Part shown: positions 6,287 to 14,973 of the stretch, piece after piece
How the letters are laid out: each line of letters begins with the position of its first letter
How positions within the stretch are numbered: position 1 is the first letter of the stretch
Origin: Actinomycetota bacterium
GTDB lineage: Bacteria; Actinomycetota; UBA4738; CALAEC01
Assembly (NCBI GenBank): GCA_046726855.1
Contig: JBKPBL010000014.1
Coordinates: 1 to 36,287 of the forward strand
Reading direction: 5' to 3'
DNA length: 36,287 bases
Notes under the pieces: generated by a model
Told to the model about the DNA's origin: nothing
Seen by the model: only the letters and a program-made list of their open reading frames with translations
Databases searched by the model: none
Program-made: the position numbers and the translations under genes

Positions 6287-8149
6287 ATGAACAAGGGACG
6301 TCGGTACGGACGGTGGCTGAAGCGGCTGGCCTATCTATACGTGGCCTACCTGCTCATCGCCCTGATCTTCCTGGGCATCGACCCGATCACCGCCACGGTC
6401 AACTTCCCCTCGATCTGGCAGAGCCTCACCCCGCTGCTGCTCCAGATGGTGTTCGCCTTCTCCTTCGTGATCATCCAGTTCGTCGGCCTGTTCTGGTTCC
6501 TCTCCCGCGGTCGTACGTACGTGATCTACCCCCGCGAGTACGACGTCTCGTTCGACGACGTGAGGGGCCAGCCGGCGGCTGTGAAGGCCAGCAAGGAAGT
6601 CCTTCGGCTGTTCCTGGGGTTCAAGCGTTTCAGGGAGATGGGCGGATACCCGCCCCACGGGATCCTCTTCGAGGGCCCGCCGGGGACGGGCAAGACACTC
6701 ATGGCCAAGGCGATCGCCGGGTCGTCCTCTGTCCCGTTCGTGTACGCAAGCGGAACCTCGTTCGCGAACATGTTCTTCGGGGTTGGCAACCTCCGGGTCT
6801 CTTACCTGTTCCGCAAGGCGCGGGCGCTCTCCGACAAGTACGGCGGTGCCGTGATCTTCATCGACGAGCTGGACGCCCTGGGAGGCTCCCGCGGGGCGGT
6901 ACAGGAGCGGTTCGAGGGGAAGGACGACAGAGGTTTCTGGCCCCCAAAGATCTTCTTCCCGGGTGGAATGGGGATGGGCGGGATGCTTGTCAATGAGCTC
7001 CTGGTGCAGATGGACGGCCTGGTGATGCCCCGCGGGCTCTTCTGGCGGCACCTCAAGCGGTTCTTGCTGCGCCGCAAGCCCAAGGTTCCCTTCTACAACC
7101 TGATGATCATCGGGGCCACCAACCGGGCCCAGACCCTGGATCCCGCTCTCCTTCGGCCTGGCCGGTTCGACCGCAAGATCCACGTCGGTCTTCCCGACGG
7201 GGAAGGGCGCGAGGACATTGGCCGGTACTACCTGGCCAAGGTCCGCCACGAGCCGATCGACATGGAGCGCTTTGCCAGGATGACCCTCGGCTACACGCCG
7301 GCCCGGATCAAGAACGTGATCAACGAGGCACTGATCTTCGCCCTCCAGGACGGTCGGGACGCCCTGCGGTGGGACGACGTGTGGCAGGCCAAGCTGGCGG
7401 AGGAGATCGGTCTGAAGCAGCCGGTCAAGTACACGCCGAAGGAGAAGGAGATGACGGCCGTGCATGAAGCCGGCCACGCCGTTGCCTCGTACACCCTCCA
7501 GAAGGAGGAGCGGCAGATCCAGGTCATCACCATCATCAAGCGCGAGTCGGCGCTCGGCCTGGTCCACGGGATGCCGCTCGAGGAGCGGTACTCCGAGACC
7601 CAGAAGGAAAAGCTGGCCGAGATCCAGGTGTTCCTGGCGGGCCTGGTAGCTGAGGACATCTGGTACGGCCAGACGACGTCCGGGCCATCGTCGGACCTCC
7701 GCGCGGCCACCTACTTCGCCGCGCAGTACGTGGGGCTCTACGGGATGGGTCAGAGCCTGATCTCGGTGGGCGCGCTCCAGCCCACCATGCTCGACGGCGA
7801 TCCCATCCGGGCCGTCCTCTCAGATCCCGATCGGAAGAGAGAGGTCGACGCGATCCTCAACCAGTGCCGCCGGGAAGTCGAGCGGCTTCTCCGGGCGAAG
7901 CGCCACGTGGTCGAGGGCCTCCGGGATGCTCTCCTGGACCGCGAGGAACTGATCGGCGACGAGATCGACGAGCTCATGGCCAGTCTCGGCGAGCGCGAGC
8001 CGATGCCCGTCCCGGCCGGAGACGGGCAGGAGGGCCGCATCCTGGGAAGCGGGGACGGCCAGGAAGACTCGGGGGACGGCGACGGCCAGAAGCCAAACGA
8101 GCCGCCGGGAGGCCTCACACCGCCCCAGCCGCCCAACGACGACGGGTAA
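6287..8149 (+). CDS. FtsH-like membrane AAA+ zinc metalloprotease (atypical paralog)
   Basis: 620 aa. AGGAGG lies 7 nt upstream of the ATG. Two N-terminal TM helices are joined by only a ~15-aa loop. Walker A 'GPPGTGKT', pore loop 'MFFGVG', Walker B 'IFIDELD', 'GATNR', 'LLRPGRFDR', M41 zinc site 'HEAGHAV' and 'GPSSDLRAAT'. About 35 extra residues lie between Walker B and sensor-1. Gly/Asp-rich tail with 'GDGQE'-like repeats. Confidence 0.85.
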   Translation: MNKGRRYGRWLKRLAYLYVAYLLIALIFLGIDPITATVNFPSIWQSLTPLLLQMVFAFSFVIIQFVGLFWFLSRGRTYVIYPREYDVSFDDVRGQPAAVKASKEVLRLFLGFKRFREMGGYPPHGILFEGPPGTGKTLMAKAIAGSSSVPFVYASGTSFANMFFGVGNLRVSYLFRKARALSDKYGGAVIFIDELDALGGSRGAVQERFEGKDDRGFWPPKIFFPGGMGMGGMLVNELLVQMDGLVMPRGLFWRHLKRFLLRRKPKVPFYNLMIIGATNRAQTLDPALLRPGRFDRKIHVGLPDGEGREDIGRYYLAKVRHEPIDMERFARMTLGYTPARIKNVINEALIFALQDGRDALRWDDVWQAKLAEEIGLKQPVKYTPKEKEMTAVHEAGHAVASYTLQKEERQIQVITIIKRESALGLVHGMPLEERYSETQKEKLAEIQVFLAGLVAEDIWYGQTTSGPSSDLRAATYFAAQYVGLYGMGQSLISVGALQPTMLDGDPIRAVLSDPDRKREVDAILNQCRREVERLLRAKRHVVEGLRDALLDREELIGDEIDELMASLGEREPMPVPAGDGQEGRILGSGDGQEDSGDGDGQKPNEPPGGLTPPQPPNDDG

Positions 8150-8159
8150 GGCCTGCGCC

Positions 8160-9311
8160 CTACTCGGAACCGGCCAGGTGACGGCCGATGATCGCCCGCT
8201 GGACCTGATTCGTCCCCTCGACGATCTGGAGCGCCTTGGCTTCACGCATGTAACGCTCGACCGGGTACTCGGCCATGTACCCGTAGCCCCCATGAGCCTG
8301 GACCGCGTCCGTGGTGACCCGCATGGCCACGTCCGAGGCGAAGAGCTTGGCCATGGAGCAAGACAGAGGGGTTCCCCGGCCCCGATCCCGGGCCCGAGCC
8401 GCTTCGCGGTACAGCCGCCGGGCCGCCTCGACCTGCGTGGCCGCGTCGGCTAGGAGGAACTGGAGGCCCTGATTCTCGATCACCGGCCTGCCAAACTGCT
8501 CTCGCTCCCGGGTGAAGGCCACCGCGGCGTCGAGGGCTGCCTGGGCCAGGCCCACGGAACACGCGGCGATGCCCAAGCGGCCGCCGTCGAGGGCGGCCAG
8601 GGCTACCGTGAAACCTTGTCCCTCCTCCCCCACCAGGTTCTCAACAGGGACCCGGCACCCGTCGAACAAGAGCTCCCGCATCGGCGAGGCATGCCAGCCC
8701 ATCTTGTTCTCGAGGCGCCCGAACCCGAAGCCGTCCCAGCCCTTCTCGACCACGAAGGCCGAGATGCCGGACGGCGAGTCGTCTCCTGTCCGGGCCATCA
8801 CCAGGTAGTGTTCTGCCTCTCCGCCGTTGCTGATGAACCGCTTCGAGCCGGTCAACGAGTAGTGGTCCCGGCGGCGGGCTAACTGGGCCCTGGTCTTCAG
8901 GGATGAGGCGTCGGAGCCGCTGGCGGCCTCGGATAGCGCGTAGGCACCCAGCCATTCGCCCGAGAACAACCTGGGCAGGTACCGCTCCTTCAGCTCGTCG
9001 GATCCGAACTCGTGGACGCCGAACGCCGAGAGGTGGTGCACGGAGAGGCCCACAGCAAGCGAGAGCGACCCGGTGGCCAGCTCCTCCAGCACCGCCAGGT
9101 AGGTCATGTACGGCTGGCCCCCGCCTCCGTACTTCTCGGAGTAAGGGATCCCCGCGAGGCCCAGCTCGGCGAGCTGGCGGAACAGCTCCCGGGGAAACTC
9201 CTTGCGCTCCTCGTAGGCGGCGATCGATGGAGCCACCCGGCCGGCCACGAATCCCCGGACCAGCTCGACGACCTCGGCCTGCTCGTCCGTGAGCCCGAAG
9301 TCGCGATCCAT
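8160..9311 (-). CDS. Acyl-CoA dehydrogenase
   Basis: 383 aa. Canonical ACAD layout with 'GAYALSEAASGSDA', 'GYGYMAEYPVERYMREAK' and the catalytic-Glu region 'IVEGTNQVQR'. Confidence 0.9.
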   Translation of the reverse strand: MDRDFGLTDEQAEVVELVRGFVAGRVAPSIAAYEERKEFPRELFRQLAELGLAGIPYSEKYGGGGQPYMTYLAVLEELATGSLSLAVGLSVHHLSAFGVHEFGSDELKERYLPRLFSGEWLGAYALSEAASGSDASSLKTRAQLARRRDHYSLTGSKRFISNGGEAEHYLVMARTGDDSPSGISAFVVEKGWDGFGFGRLENKMGWHASPMRELLFDGCRVPVENLVGEEGQGFTVALAALDGGRLGIAACSVGLAQAALDAAVAFTREREQFGRPVIENQGLQFLLADAATQVEAARRLYREAARARDRGRGTPLSCSMAKLFASDVAMRVTTDAVQAHGGYGYMAEYPVERYMREAKALQIVEGTNQVQRAIIGRHLAGSE

Positions 9312-9355
9312 GGGGGGTCCAGACTACCGGAGCGAGGTTCGCCTATGCTGGCCCG

Positions 9356-10759
9356 ATGCGTCTGTACAACTCGCTGACCCGTAAGGTCCAGGACGTCGTC
9401 CCGGTCGACGGCCGCTCGGTGAGGATGTATTCGTGCGGGCCGACCGTCTACAGGTACGCCCACATGGGCAACATGCGCACCTTCATGCTCGGGGACCTGA
9501 TCCGGAGGGCCCTGCGGCTGGAGGGGTGGGAGGTCACGTGGGTGATGAACATCACCGACGTGGGCCACATGACGGACGACATCGGCCAGGAGGCTCGAGA
9601 CCGGATGGACATCGCGGCGGCAGACGAGGGGTTGTCCCCCCAGGAGATAGCCAAGAAGTACGCCAAGGCGTTCCTGGAGGACGCCGACGCTGTGGGCATC
9701 GAGCGGGCCGACCGGTACCCGAGAGCCACCGACCACATCCAGGAGATGATCGAGCTGACTCAGGAGCTGATCCGGAAGGGACACGCTTACGAGGTGGAGG
9801 GAAGCGTGTACTTCGACGTCCGCTCCTTCCCAGAGTACGGTCGGCTCTCCGGAAACACGCTGGATCAGCTTCGGGCCGGCCATCGCCAAGAGCTGGAGGT
9901 CGATCCGAACAAGCGCCACCCCGAGGACTTCGCTCTGTGGAAGCGAGCGGGTCCCGGCCGCCTGATGAAATGGGACAGCCCGTGGGGTGAGGGGTTCCCC
10001 GGCTGGCACATCGAGTGCTCGGCGATGTCCATGAAGTACCTCGGCGACCGGTTCGACATCCACACGGGCGGGACGGACCTGAAGTTCCCTCACCACGAGG
10101 ACGAGATGGCCCAGTCGGACGCGGCCCGGGGCCACAAGGTCATCTCGATCTGGGTCCACGGGGGCTTCCTCCAGCTCTCGGGCCAGAAGATGGCGAAGTC
10201 GGCCGGGAACATCGCTCGCGTCTCCGACCTCGTGGAGCAGGGCATCGACCCCCTGGCCTTCCGCCTGCTGTGCTTCGGGACCCGTTACAGGAGCGAGATG
10301 GATCTGTCCTGGGAGGCCCTGGAGACCGTGAACGACCGCCTCACCAGGCTCCGCCAGCGGATGGCCCTGTGGGCCGAGGGAACCGGTGGCCGAGCGGCCG
10401 AGTCTGTGGAGGCCAAGGAGCTGGATCGGCGTTTCCGAGAGGCGGTAGGGAACGATCTCGACATGCCCGCGGCTGTGAAGACCTTGAGCGAGTCGGTCTC
10501 CGCCGACCTCCTCGACGCGGAGAAGTACGCCCTACTGAGCGGCTGGGACGCGGTCCTGGGCCTCGATCTGGAACGCTTGGCCCGGGAGGGGTTCGAGATC
10601 CCGGACGACGTCCGGGCCCTGGTCGAGGAACGGGATCAGGCCCGCGGCCAGAGCGACTTCGCCCGATCCGACGAGATTCGCGACCGTCTGACCGCCCTGG
10701 GCTGGGAGGTCATGGACACTCCCGAGGGGACCAAGGTCCGCCCTCTCTTGGGGAGTTGA
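9356..10759 (+). CDS. cysS: Cysteine--tRNA ligase
   Basis: 467 aa. '[13 protein letters not shown]' (HIGH-type motif), 'GWHIECSAM' zinc site, 'KMAKS' (KMSKS). The C-terminal anticodon-binding extension '[19 protein letters not shown]' argues for CysS rather than the shorter MshC. Confidence 0.9.
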   Translation: MRLYNSLTRKVQDVVPVDGRSVRMYSCGPTVYRYAHMGNMRTFMLGDLIRRALRLEGWEVTWVMNITDVGHMTDDIGQEARDRMDIAAADEGLSPQEIAKKYAKAFLEDADAVGIERADRYPRATDHIQEMIELTQELIRKGHAYEVEGSVYFDVRSFPEYGRLSGNTLDQLRAGHRQELEVDPNKRHPEDFALWKRAGPGRLMKWDSPWGEGFPGWHIECSAMSMKYLGDRFDIHTGGTDLKFPHHEDEMAQSDAARGHKVISIWVHGGFLQLSGQKMAKSAGNIARVSDLVEQGIDPLAFRLLCFGTRYRSEMDLSWEALETVNDRLTRLRQRMALWAEGTGGRAAESVEAKELDRRFREAVGNDLDMPAAVKTLSESVSADLLDAEKYALLSGWDAVLGLDLERLAREGFEIPDDVRALVEERDQARGQSDFARSDEIRDRLTALGWEVMDTPEGTKVRPLLGS

Positions 10760-10821
10760 CGGGCACCCGTTAGCCCGCCACACGGGCGACTCTGTGACGC
10801 TTCCTATAGGCTTCCCGGGCG

Positions 10822-11283
10822 ATGGAGCAGCCCCCCGGGGAGAACGGCTACCCGCGCGCCCGCCCTCGGCTCCCCACAGGAATCATCGTCGCCTCTGTGA
10901 TCGTCACCCTGGTGGCCGTCTCAGGGCTCATCGCCCTCCTGTACCGCGAGACCCGAGGCCCCGGCGAGATCCTGCGGGAGTTCGCCCGCCGGGTCGACGA
11001 CCGCGACTGCGAGGGCAGCTTCGACCTTCTTGACCCTTCGCTCACCGCAGAGCTCTCCCAGGAAGCCTGGTGCGCTCAGCTGCCGCGAGTAGACGATGAG
11101 ATCGACGCGGACTTCGACCTGGAACGTGCCATCCTGGAGGGCGACATCGCCGTCGTGCACATCTCGGGACCTCCATCCGAGGTCTGGAGGTTGAAACGTT
11201 TCGGCGAGCGGAGCTGGCGAGTCCTCGACGGGGAAACCCAGGGATTCAGCGTCAGTTTCAGCGGGGAGGTTTCGGCCGGTTAG
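10822..11283 (+). CDS. Hypothetical membrane-anchored protein
   Basis: 153 aa. One N-terminal TM helix 'IIVASVIVTLVAVSGLIALLY' followed by a small acidic ectodomain. Its stop overlaps the convergent ACAD stop by 4 nt. Confidence 0.5.
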   Translation: MEQPPGENGYPRARPRLPTGIIVASVIVTLVAVSGLIALLYRETRGPGEILREFARRVDDRDCEGSFDLLDPSLTAELSQEAWCAQLPRVDDEIDADFDLERAILEGDIAVVHISGPPSEVWRLKRFGERSWRVLDGETQGFSVSFSGEVSAG

Positions 11284-12461
11284 TCGACCGGAAGCCCCAG
11301 CGTCTTGGCCACGTTGGTCCGGAGGATCTCCGAGGTCCCCTCGTACAGTCGCATGGCCCGGACGTCCCGGAACCACACCTCGAGTCCCAGCTCGGTCATG
11401 AACCCCTGGCCGCCATGGACCTGGATGCACCGGTCGGCCACTCGGGCCACCATCTCCGTGGCCACCATCTTGGCGAGGGCCGCCTCGCGGCGACCATCGG
11501 CGCCATTGTCGATGTCGTCGGCAAGCTTGTAGACCAGGAGGCGGGCTTGCTCCAGCTCGGCGAAGGAGTCCACGATCATCCCCTGGATGTACTGGTTGGC
11601 CCCGATGGGGCGGCCAAAGGCCACCCTGCCGCCGGCGTAGCTCACCATCCGGTCGAGGAGGTCCTTGGCGATCCCCAGGGCCGTGGCGGCGATCTGGAGC
11701 CGGGCTCCGTTGATGCCCTTGACCGCGGAGTAGAACCCGTAGCCGACCTTTCCGAGGACGTTCTCCTCGGGGATCCACAGGTCCTCGAGCGTGAGCTCAG
11801 CGGGGTTCTGGAGCGGCGACATGGTTCGCTGCATCCGGGTAACCGAGTAGCCGGCGCTGTTGGCGTCGACGAAGAACGCCGTTATCCCGCCCTTGGCCCG
11901 CTTCTCCGCGTCGGTAACCGCGAAGACCAGGGCGAAATCGGCGTCCTCGCCGCCCGTTATGAAGTGCTTCCGCCCGTTGATGACCCAGTGGCCGTCCTCG
12001 GCAACTGCCTTCGTCTTGATCCGGGTGGCGTCGGATCCGGCTTCGGGCTCGGTCAGCGCGAAGCACGTTGCCTTGTCCGCGGTCATCAGCGGCATCAAGT
12101 ACTTCTCCTTCTGGGGATCGGTGCAGTCCAGGTAGATCGGGGTCGGCCCGGTCACGATCGGGAAGATCCCCTCGTTGTGCGCCAGGAAAAGACCGGTCGA
12201 GGTGGCCTCCTCGAACAGGAGGACCTGCCCCAGGTAGGAGAGGCCCATCCCGCCGACCTCCTCGGGCATGTGCAGCGTCCAGAAGCCGAGCTCGGCGGAG
12301 CGCTTCCGGATCTTCTTGCGCTCGTCCTTGAGCACCTCGTACCGCCCCTCGCCGATGTCCTGGCGGTACGACTCCTCGACCGGGCGGATCTCCCTGTCGA
12401 TGAACTGCCGCAGGGAGCCGCGAAGGTCGATCAGCTCGTCGGGGATCTGGACGACAGGCAC
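11280..12461 (-). CDS. Acyl-CoA dehydrogenase
   Basis: 393 aa. 'CFALTEPEAGSDA', 'HGGQGFMTELGLEVWFRDVRAMRLYEGTSEI'. GTG start with GGGAGG 7 nt upstream. Confidence 0.9.
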   Translation of the reverse strand: MPVVQIPDELIDLRGSLRQFIDREIRPVEESYRQDIGEGRYEVLKDERKKIRKRSAELGFWTLHMPEEVGGMGLSYLGQVLLFEEATSTGLFLAHNEGIFPIVTGPTPIYLDCTDPQKEKYLMPLMTADKATCFALTEPEAGSDATRIKTKAVAEDGHWVINGRKHFITGGEDADFALVFAVTDAEKRAKGGITAFFVDANSAGYSVTRMQRTMSPLQNPAELTLEDLWIPEENVLGKVGYGFYSAVKGINGARLQIAATALGIAKDLLDRMVSYAGGRVAFGRPIGANQYIQGMIVDSFAELEQARLLVYKLADDIDNGADGRREAALAKMVATEMVARVADRCIQVHGGQGFMTELGLEVWFRDVRAMRLYEGTSEILRTNVAKTLGLPVD

Positions 12462-12497
12462 GTCGCTACCTCCCGGCTGGGGGCCGAACCGTAGAAC

Positions 12498-12511
12498 CTA
12501 CCGAGCGGTAG
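12498..12511. promoter_or_regulatory. Perfect palindrome CTACCG-AG-CGGTAG, embedded in three CCTACC repeats spaced 15 nt apart (12497, 12512, 12527)
   Basis: Read directly from the sequence. The 2-nt spacer is too short for an RNA hairpin loop, so a dimeric DNA-binding site is more likely. It lies 37-50 nt upstream of the ACAD GTG at 12461. Confidence 0.3.
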
Positions 12512-12527
12512 CCTACCATCCGGAGCC

Positions 12528-13628
12528 CTACCGGACCACCTCGAGGTCCCGGGGGGCGTGGTTGAGACGCTGGGGCCCGTCGTCGGTCACCGTGACGATG
12601 TCCTCGATCCGGACGCCGAAATCGCCCGGAAGGTAGATGCCGGGCTCGATCGAGAAGCACATCCCCGGCCGAAGCGGATCCCGGTTCCCCTCCACGATGT
12701 ACGGAGGCTCGTGCTCCTCCAGGCCGATCCCGTGGCCCGTCCGGTGAAGGAAGAGGTCCCCGAAGCCCTCTCGCTCGATGACCCGGCGAGCGGCCCGGTC
12801 CACCTCTTGAGCCGGCACCCCCGGGTGGACGGCCTGGAACGCCTCCTCCTGCGCTTCCCGGACCACCTCGTGGACGGGGGGCAGCTCCGGAGGGGCCCGG
12901 GTGACGGCCACCGTGCGGCTCATGTCGGAGCAGTACCCGCCGGTGCGGCCCCCGAAATCGAGGACGACGGCATCGCCCGCTTGGATCTCTCGCCCTCCGG
13001 GCTCGTGGTGGGGGGAAGCGCCGTTGGGTCCAGAGCCGACGATTGTGAAGGCCACCGAATCGTGGCCGGTTTCCAGGAGAAGCTCCTTGAGCCGCCCGGC
13101 CACCTGTCGCTCGGTCAGCGTCTCCAGCCGGCTCTGGAGCAGGCGGCCGAACGTCTCGTCGGCGTACCGTGCCGCTCGTTTCAGGAGCCCCAGCTCCTGG
13201 TCATCCTTGACCGCCCTGAGCGGGCCCAGGACGTTCGAGGCCGCGACGGAACGGGCACCTCGGATGGCCCTCTGGAGCCCGAGGAGGTGCACGGCCCACA
13301 TCCGATCGGAGCAGCCGAGCCGCCGCCCCTTGCCGACGATGCGAGCGACCAGAGAGTAGGGGTCATCGGTCTCGGCCCAGGCGACGAGCTCGGCCATGTC
13401 CCCCACGCCGGCCTCCTGAGCCAGGGCGCGCTCCAACGCCGGAACCACCAGGACGGGCGAACGGCCGGGCCGGACCACAAGGCACGTCAGCCTCTCGAGC
13501 GGAGGGGGATCGTAACCAGCCAGGTACACCAGGTCGGCCGAGGGGGTGATGATCAGGGCATCAAGGCCCACCCGGCCCGCCGACCGGGCGGCCTCCCCGA
13601 GGCGGGCTCGCCGGACCCGGGGCGTCAT
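12528..13628 (-). CDS. M24 family Xaa-Pro aminopeptidase/dipeptidase
   Basis: Metal-ligand motifs 'VVLDFGG', 'YCSDMSRT', 'HRTGHGIGLEEHE' and 'FSIEPGIY'. I place the start at ATG 13628 ('MTPRVRRARL...', 366 aa). The 41-codon extension in the track (to 13751) is Arg/Ser-rich with no family counterpart. Confidence 0.85.
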   Translation of the reverse strand: MTPRVRRARLGEAARSAGRVGLDALIITPSADLVYLAGYDPPPLERLTCLVVRPGRSPVLVVPALERALAQEAGVGDMAELVAWAETDDPYSLVARIVGKGRRLGCSDRMWAVHLLGLQRAIRGARSVAASNVLGPLRAVKDDQELGLLKRAARYADETFGRLLQSRLETLTERQVAGRLKELLLETGHDSVAFTIVGSGPNGASPHHEPGGREIQAGDAVVLDFGGRTGGYCSDMSRTVAVTRAPPELPPVHEVVREAQEEAFQAVHPGVPAQEVDRAARRVIEREGFGDLFLHRTGHGIGLEEHEPPYIVEGNRDPLRPGMCFSIEPGIYLPGDFGVRIEDIVTVTDDGPQRLNHAPRDLEVVR

Positions 13629-13853
13629 GGGGCAATGATACGGATCGAGGCCGACCGCTACGATTCGGCCCGGTGCGGAGCTGGCCGCGACCACCCAACG
13701 GGCCGATCTCGAGGACGTGGCCGATCGTCGACCTGAAGCGCGCAGCGCCACTCGTCCCGAGAAGTTTGCGCGAGCCCGCTACCGGGAAAGGGGGGCAGGG
13801 ACCGCCGGACCGCGGGGGGGCCGCGCGCCCGTCGGCGAGAGGAGGTGATGTGG

Positions 13854-14030
13854 ATGCTGGCTCTTCTGGCACAGGCGGAAGGTGCCACGGATACGATCTT
13901 GTGGATCATCGCTGCGGTGCTGGTCATCGCGGGTATCGTTTCGCTTATCCGAGGTGGGGTGATCGCGGGCATCGTGCTGATCGTCCTGGGTCTCCTTGTT
14001 GGCCCCGGCGGCGTGAGCCTGTTCGACTAA
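13854..14030 (+). CDS. Small two-TM membrane protein with a C-terminal GPGG motif
   Basis: 58 aa from ATG 13854, with GGAGG at 13841-13845 placed 8 nt upstream. The track start GTG 13845 overlaps the last base of that SD, leaving no spacer. Sequence 'ILWIIAAVLVIAGIVSLIRGGVIAGIVLIVLGLLVGPGGVSLF' resembles the small 'GPGG-motif' membrane proteins of actinobacteria. Confidence 0.55.
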   Translation: MLALLAQAEGATDTILWIIAAVLVIAGIVSLIRGGVIAGIVLIVLGLLVGPGGVSLFD

Positions 14031-14052
14031 ACAGGCGACATAGCCTCGGGCG

Positions 14053-14973
14053 TCAGATCTTCAGCGAGATGGCCTGAGGGACGATCGAGAACGTTGCCGG
14101 TGTGGTGCCCAGGATCTCACCGTCACCCTCGACGGGGAGGCGTCGTTCGGCGTCGATGGTGATGACCCGCCCCCGCAGCTCCTTGATGTGGGGGTGCGGA
14201 ACGTGCTCCCCCTTGTAGATCTTGGGGATCAAGGTGAACGCCTCGGACTTCGGCCCCGTGCTGATCTGCACGTCGAGGAGGCCGTCGCCCGGATAGGAGC
14301 GGGGAGAGATCTTCATCCCTCCTCCGTAGAACTGACAGTTCGCCACAACCACATTGTTGGCCCGGCCCTGAAATTCCTTCCGGTCGGCCCTGACGGTGAT
14401 CTCGCACGGTCGATAACCCTTCAGGGAGAGCCAGAACCCCCAGAAGTACCTGGACCTCCCAAACCACCGTGGCAGCCGCTGCGCCCGAGCGGCCACCGCT
14501 GCACCCAGGCCGGCCTCGGCGATGTTGGGGATGTAGCGAATCGCCAGTCCGCTCCCGTCGTGATACTCGGCCCTGGCCAGGTCGATCGGGAACAGCCGGT
14601 CCCCATCGAGGTGCCGTACGGCTCTGGACGAGTCGCCGGGAAGCCCAAAGGTCCGGACGAAGTCACAGCCTGATCCCGCCGCCACCACGCCGAGCACGGC
14701 GTCGTCCCGGACCGGCCGGTCATCCCGGATCATCCCGTTGGCGACCTCCTGGACCGTGCCGTCGCCTCCCACCGCCACCAGGAAGCGCTCCCCCGAGTCC
14801 AGGGCCTCCCGGGCGGCCCGAGTGGCGTGGCCCGGCCCTTCGGTCTCGACCAGGCGGTACCCGAGTCCCCTCGCGTTAAGCTGCCGCTCGACCTCGGGCA
14901 TCTCCCGGCCCACCCGACCCCCGCCGGCCCGGCTGTTGACGATCAAGACCAGTGGCCCAAAGGGGCTGGCCAC
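14053..14973 (-). CDS. Diacylglycerol kinase family lipid kinase (YegS/Rv2252-like)
   Basis: 306 aa. 'LIVNSRAGGG' and 'VAVGGDGTVQEV' (DAGK catalytic-domain motifs). The GTG start directly abuts the upstream gene's stop. Confidence 0.85.
   Translation of the reverse strand: MASPFGPLVLIVNSRAGGGRVGREMPEVERQLNARGLGYRLVETEGPGHATRAAREALDSGERFLVAVGGDGTVQEVANGMIRDDRPVRDDAVLGVVAAGSGCDFVRTFGLPGDSSRAVRHLDGDRLFPIDLARAEYHDGSGLAIRYIPNIAEAGLGAAVAARAQRLPRWFGRSRYFWGFWLSLKGYRPCEITVRADRKEFQGRANNVVVANCQFYGGGMKISPRSYPGDGLLDVQISTGPKSEAFTLIPKIYKGEHVPHPHIKELRGRVITIDAERRLPVEGDGEILGTTPATFSIVPQAISLKI

Noticed and set aside
8020-8110. Short near-tandem nucleotide repeats (GGNGACGGNCAGGA-like) at the 3' end of the ftsH-like gene.
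   Set aside because: They simply encode the low-complexity GDGQE-type acidic tail. They are in frame, imperfect and too short to be a repeat element or CRISPR-like array.
9321-9340. Apparent sharing of the CTACCG..GGTAG-type motif upstream of both acyl-CoA dehydrogenase genes.
   Set aside because: The alignment needs two single-nucleotide indels, and the sites sit at different distances from the starts. This is within chance expectation for GC-rich DNA.
9356-10759. Possibility that this class-I ligase is MshC (mycothiol ligase) rather than CysS.
   Set aside because: At 467 aa it retains the C-terminal anticodon-binding helical extension that MshC lacks (MshC is ~50 aa shorter). A phylogeny would be needed for certainty.
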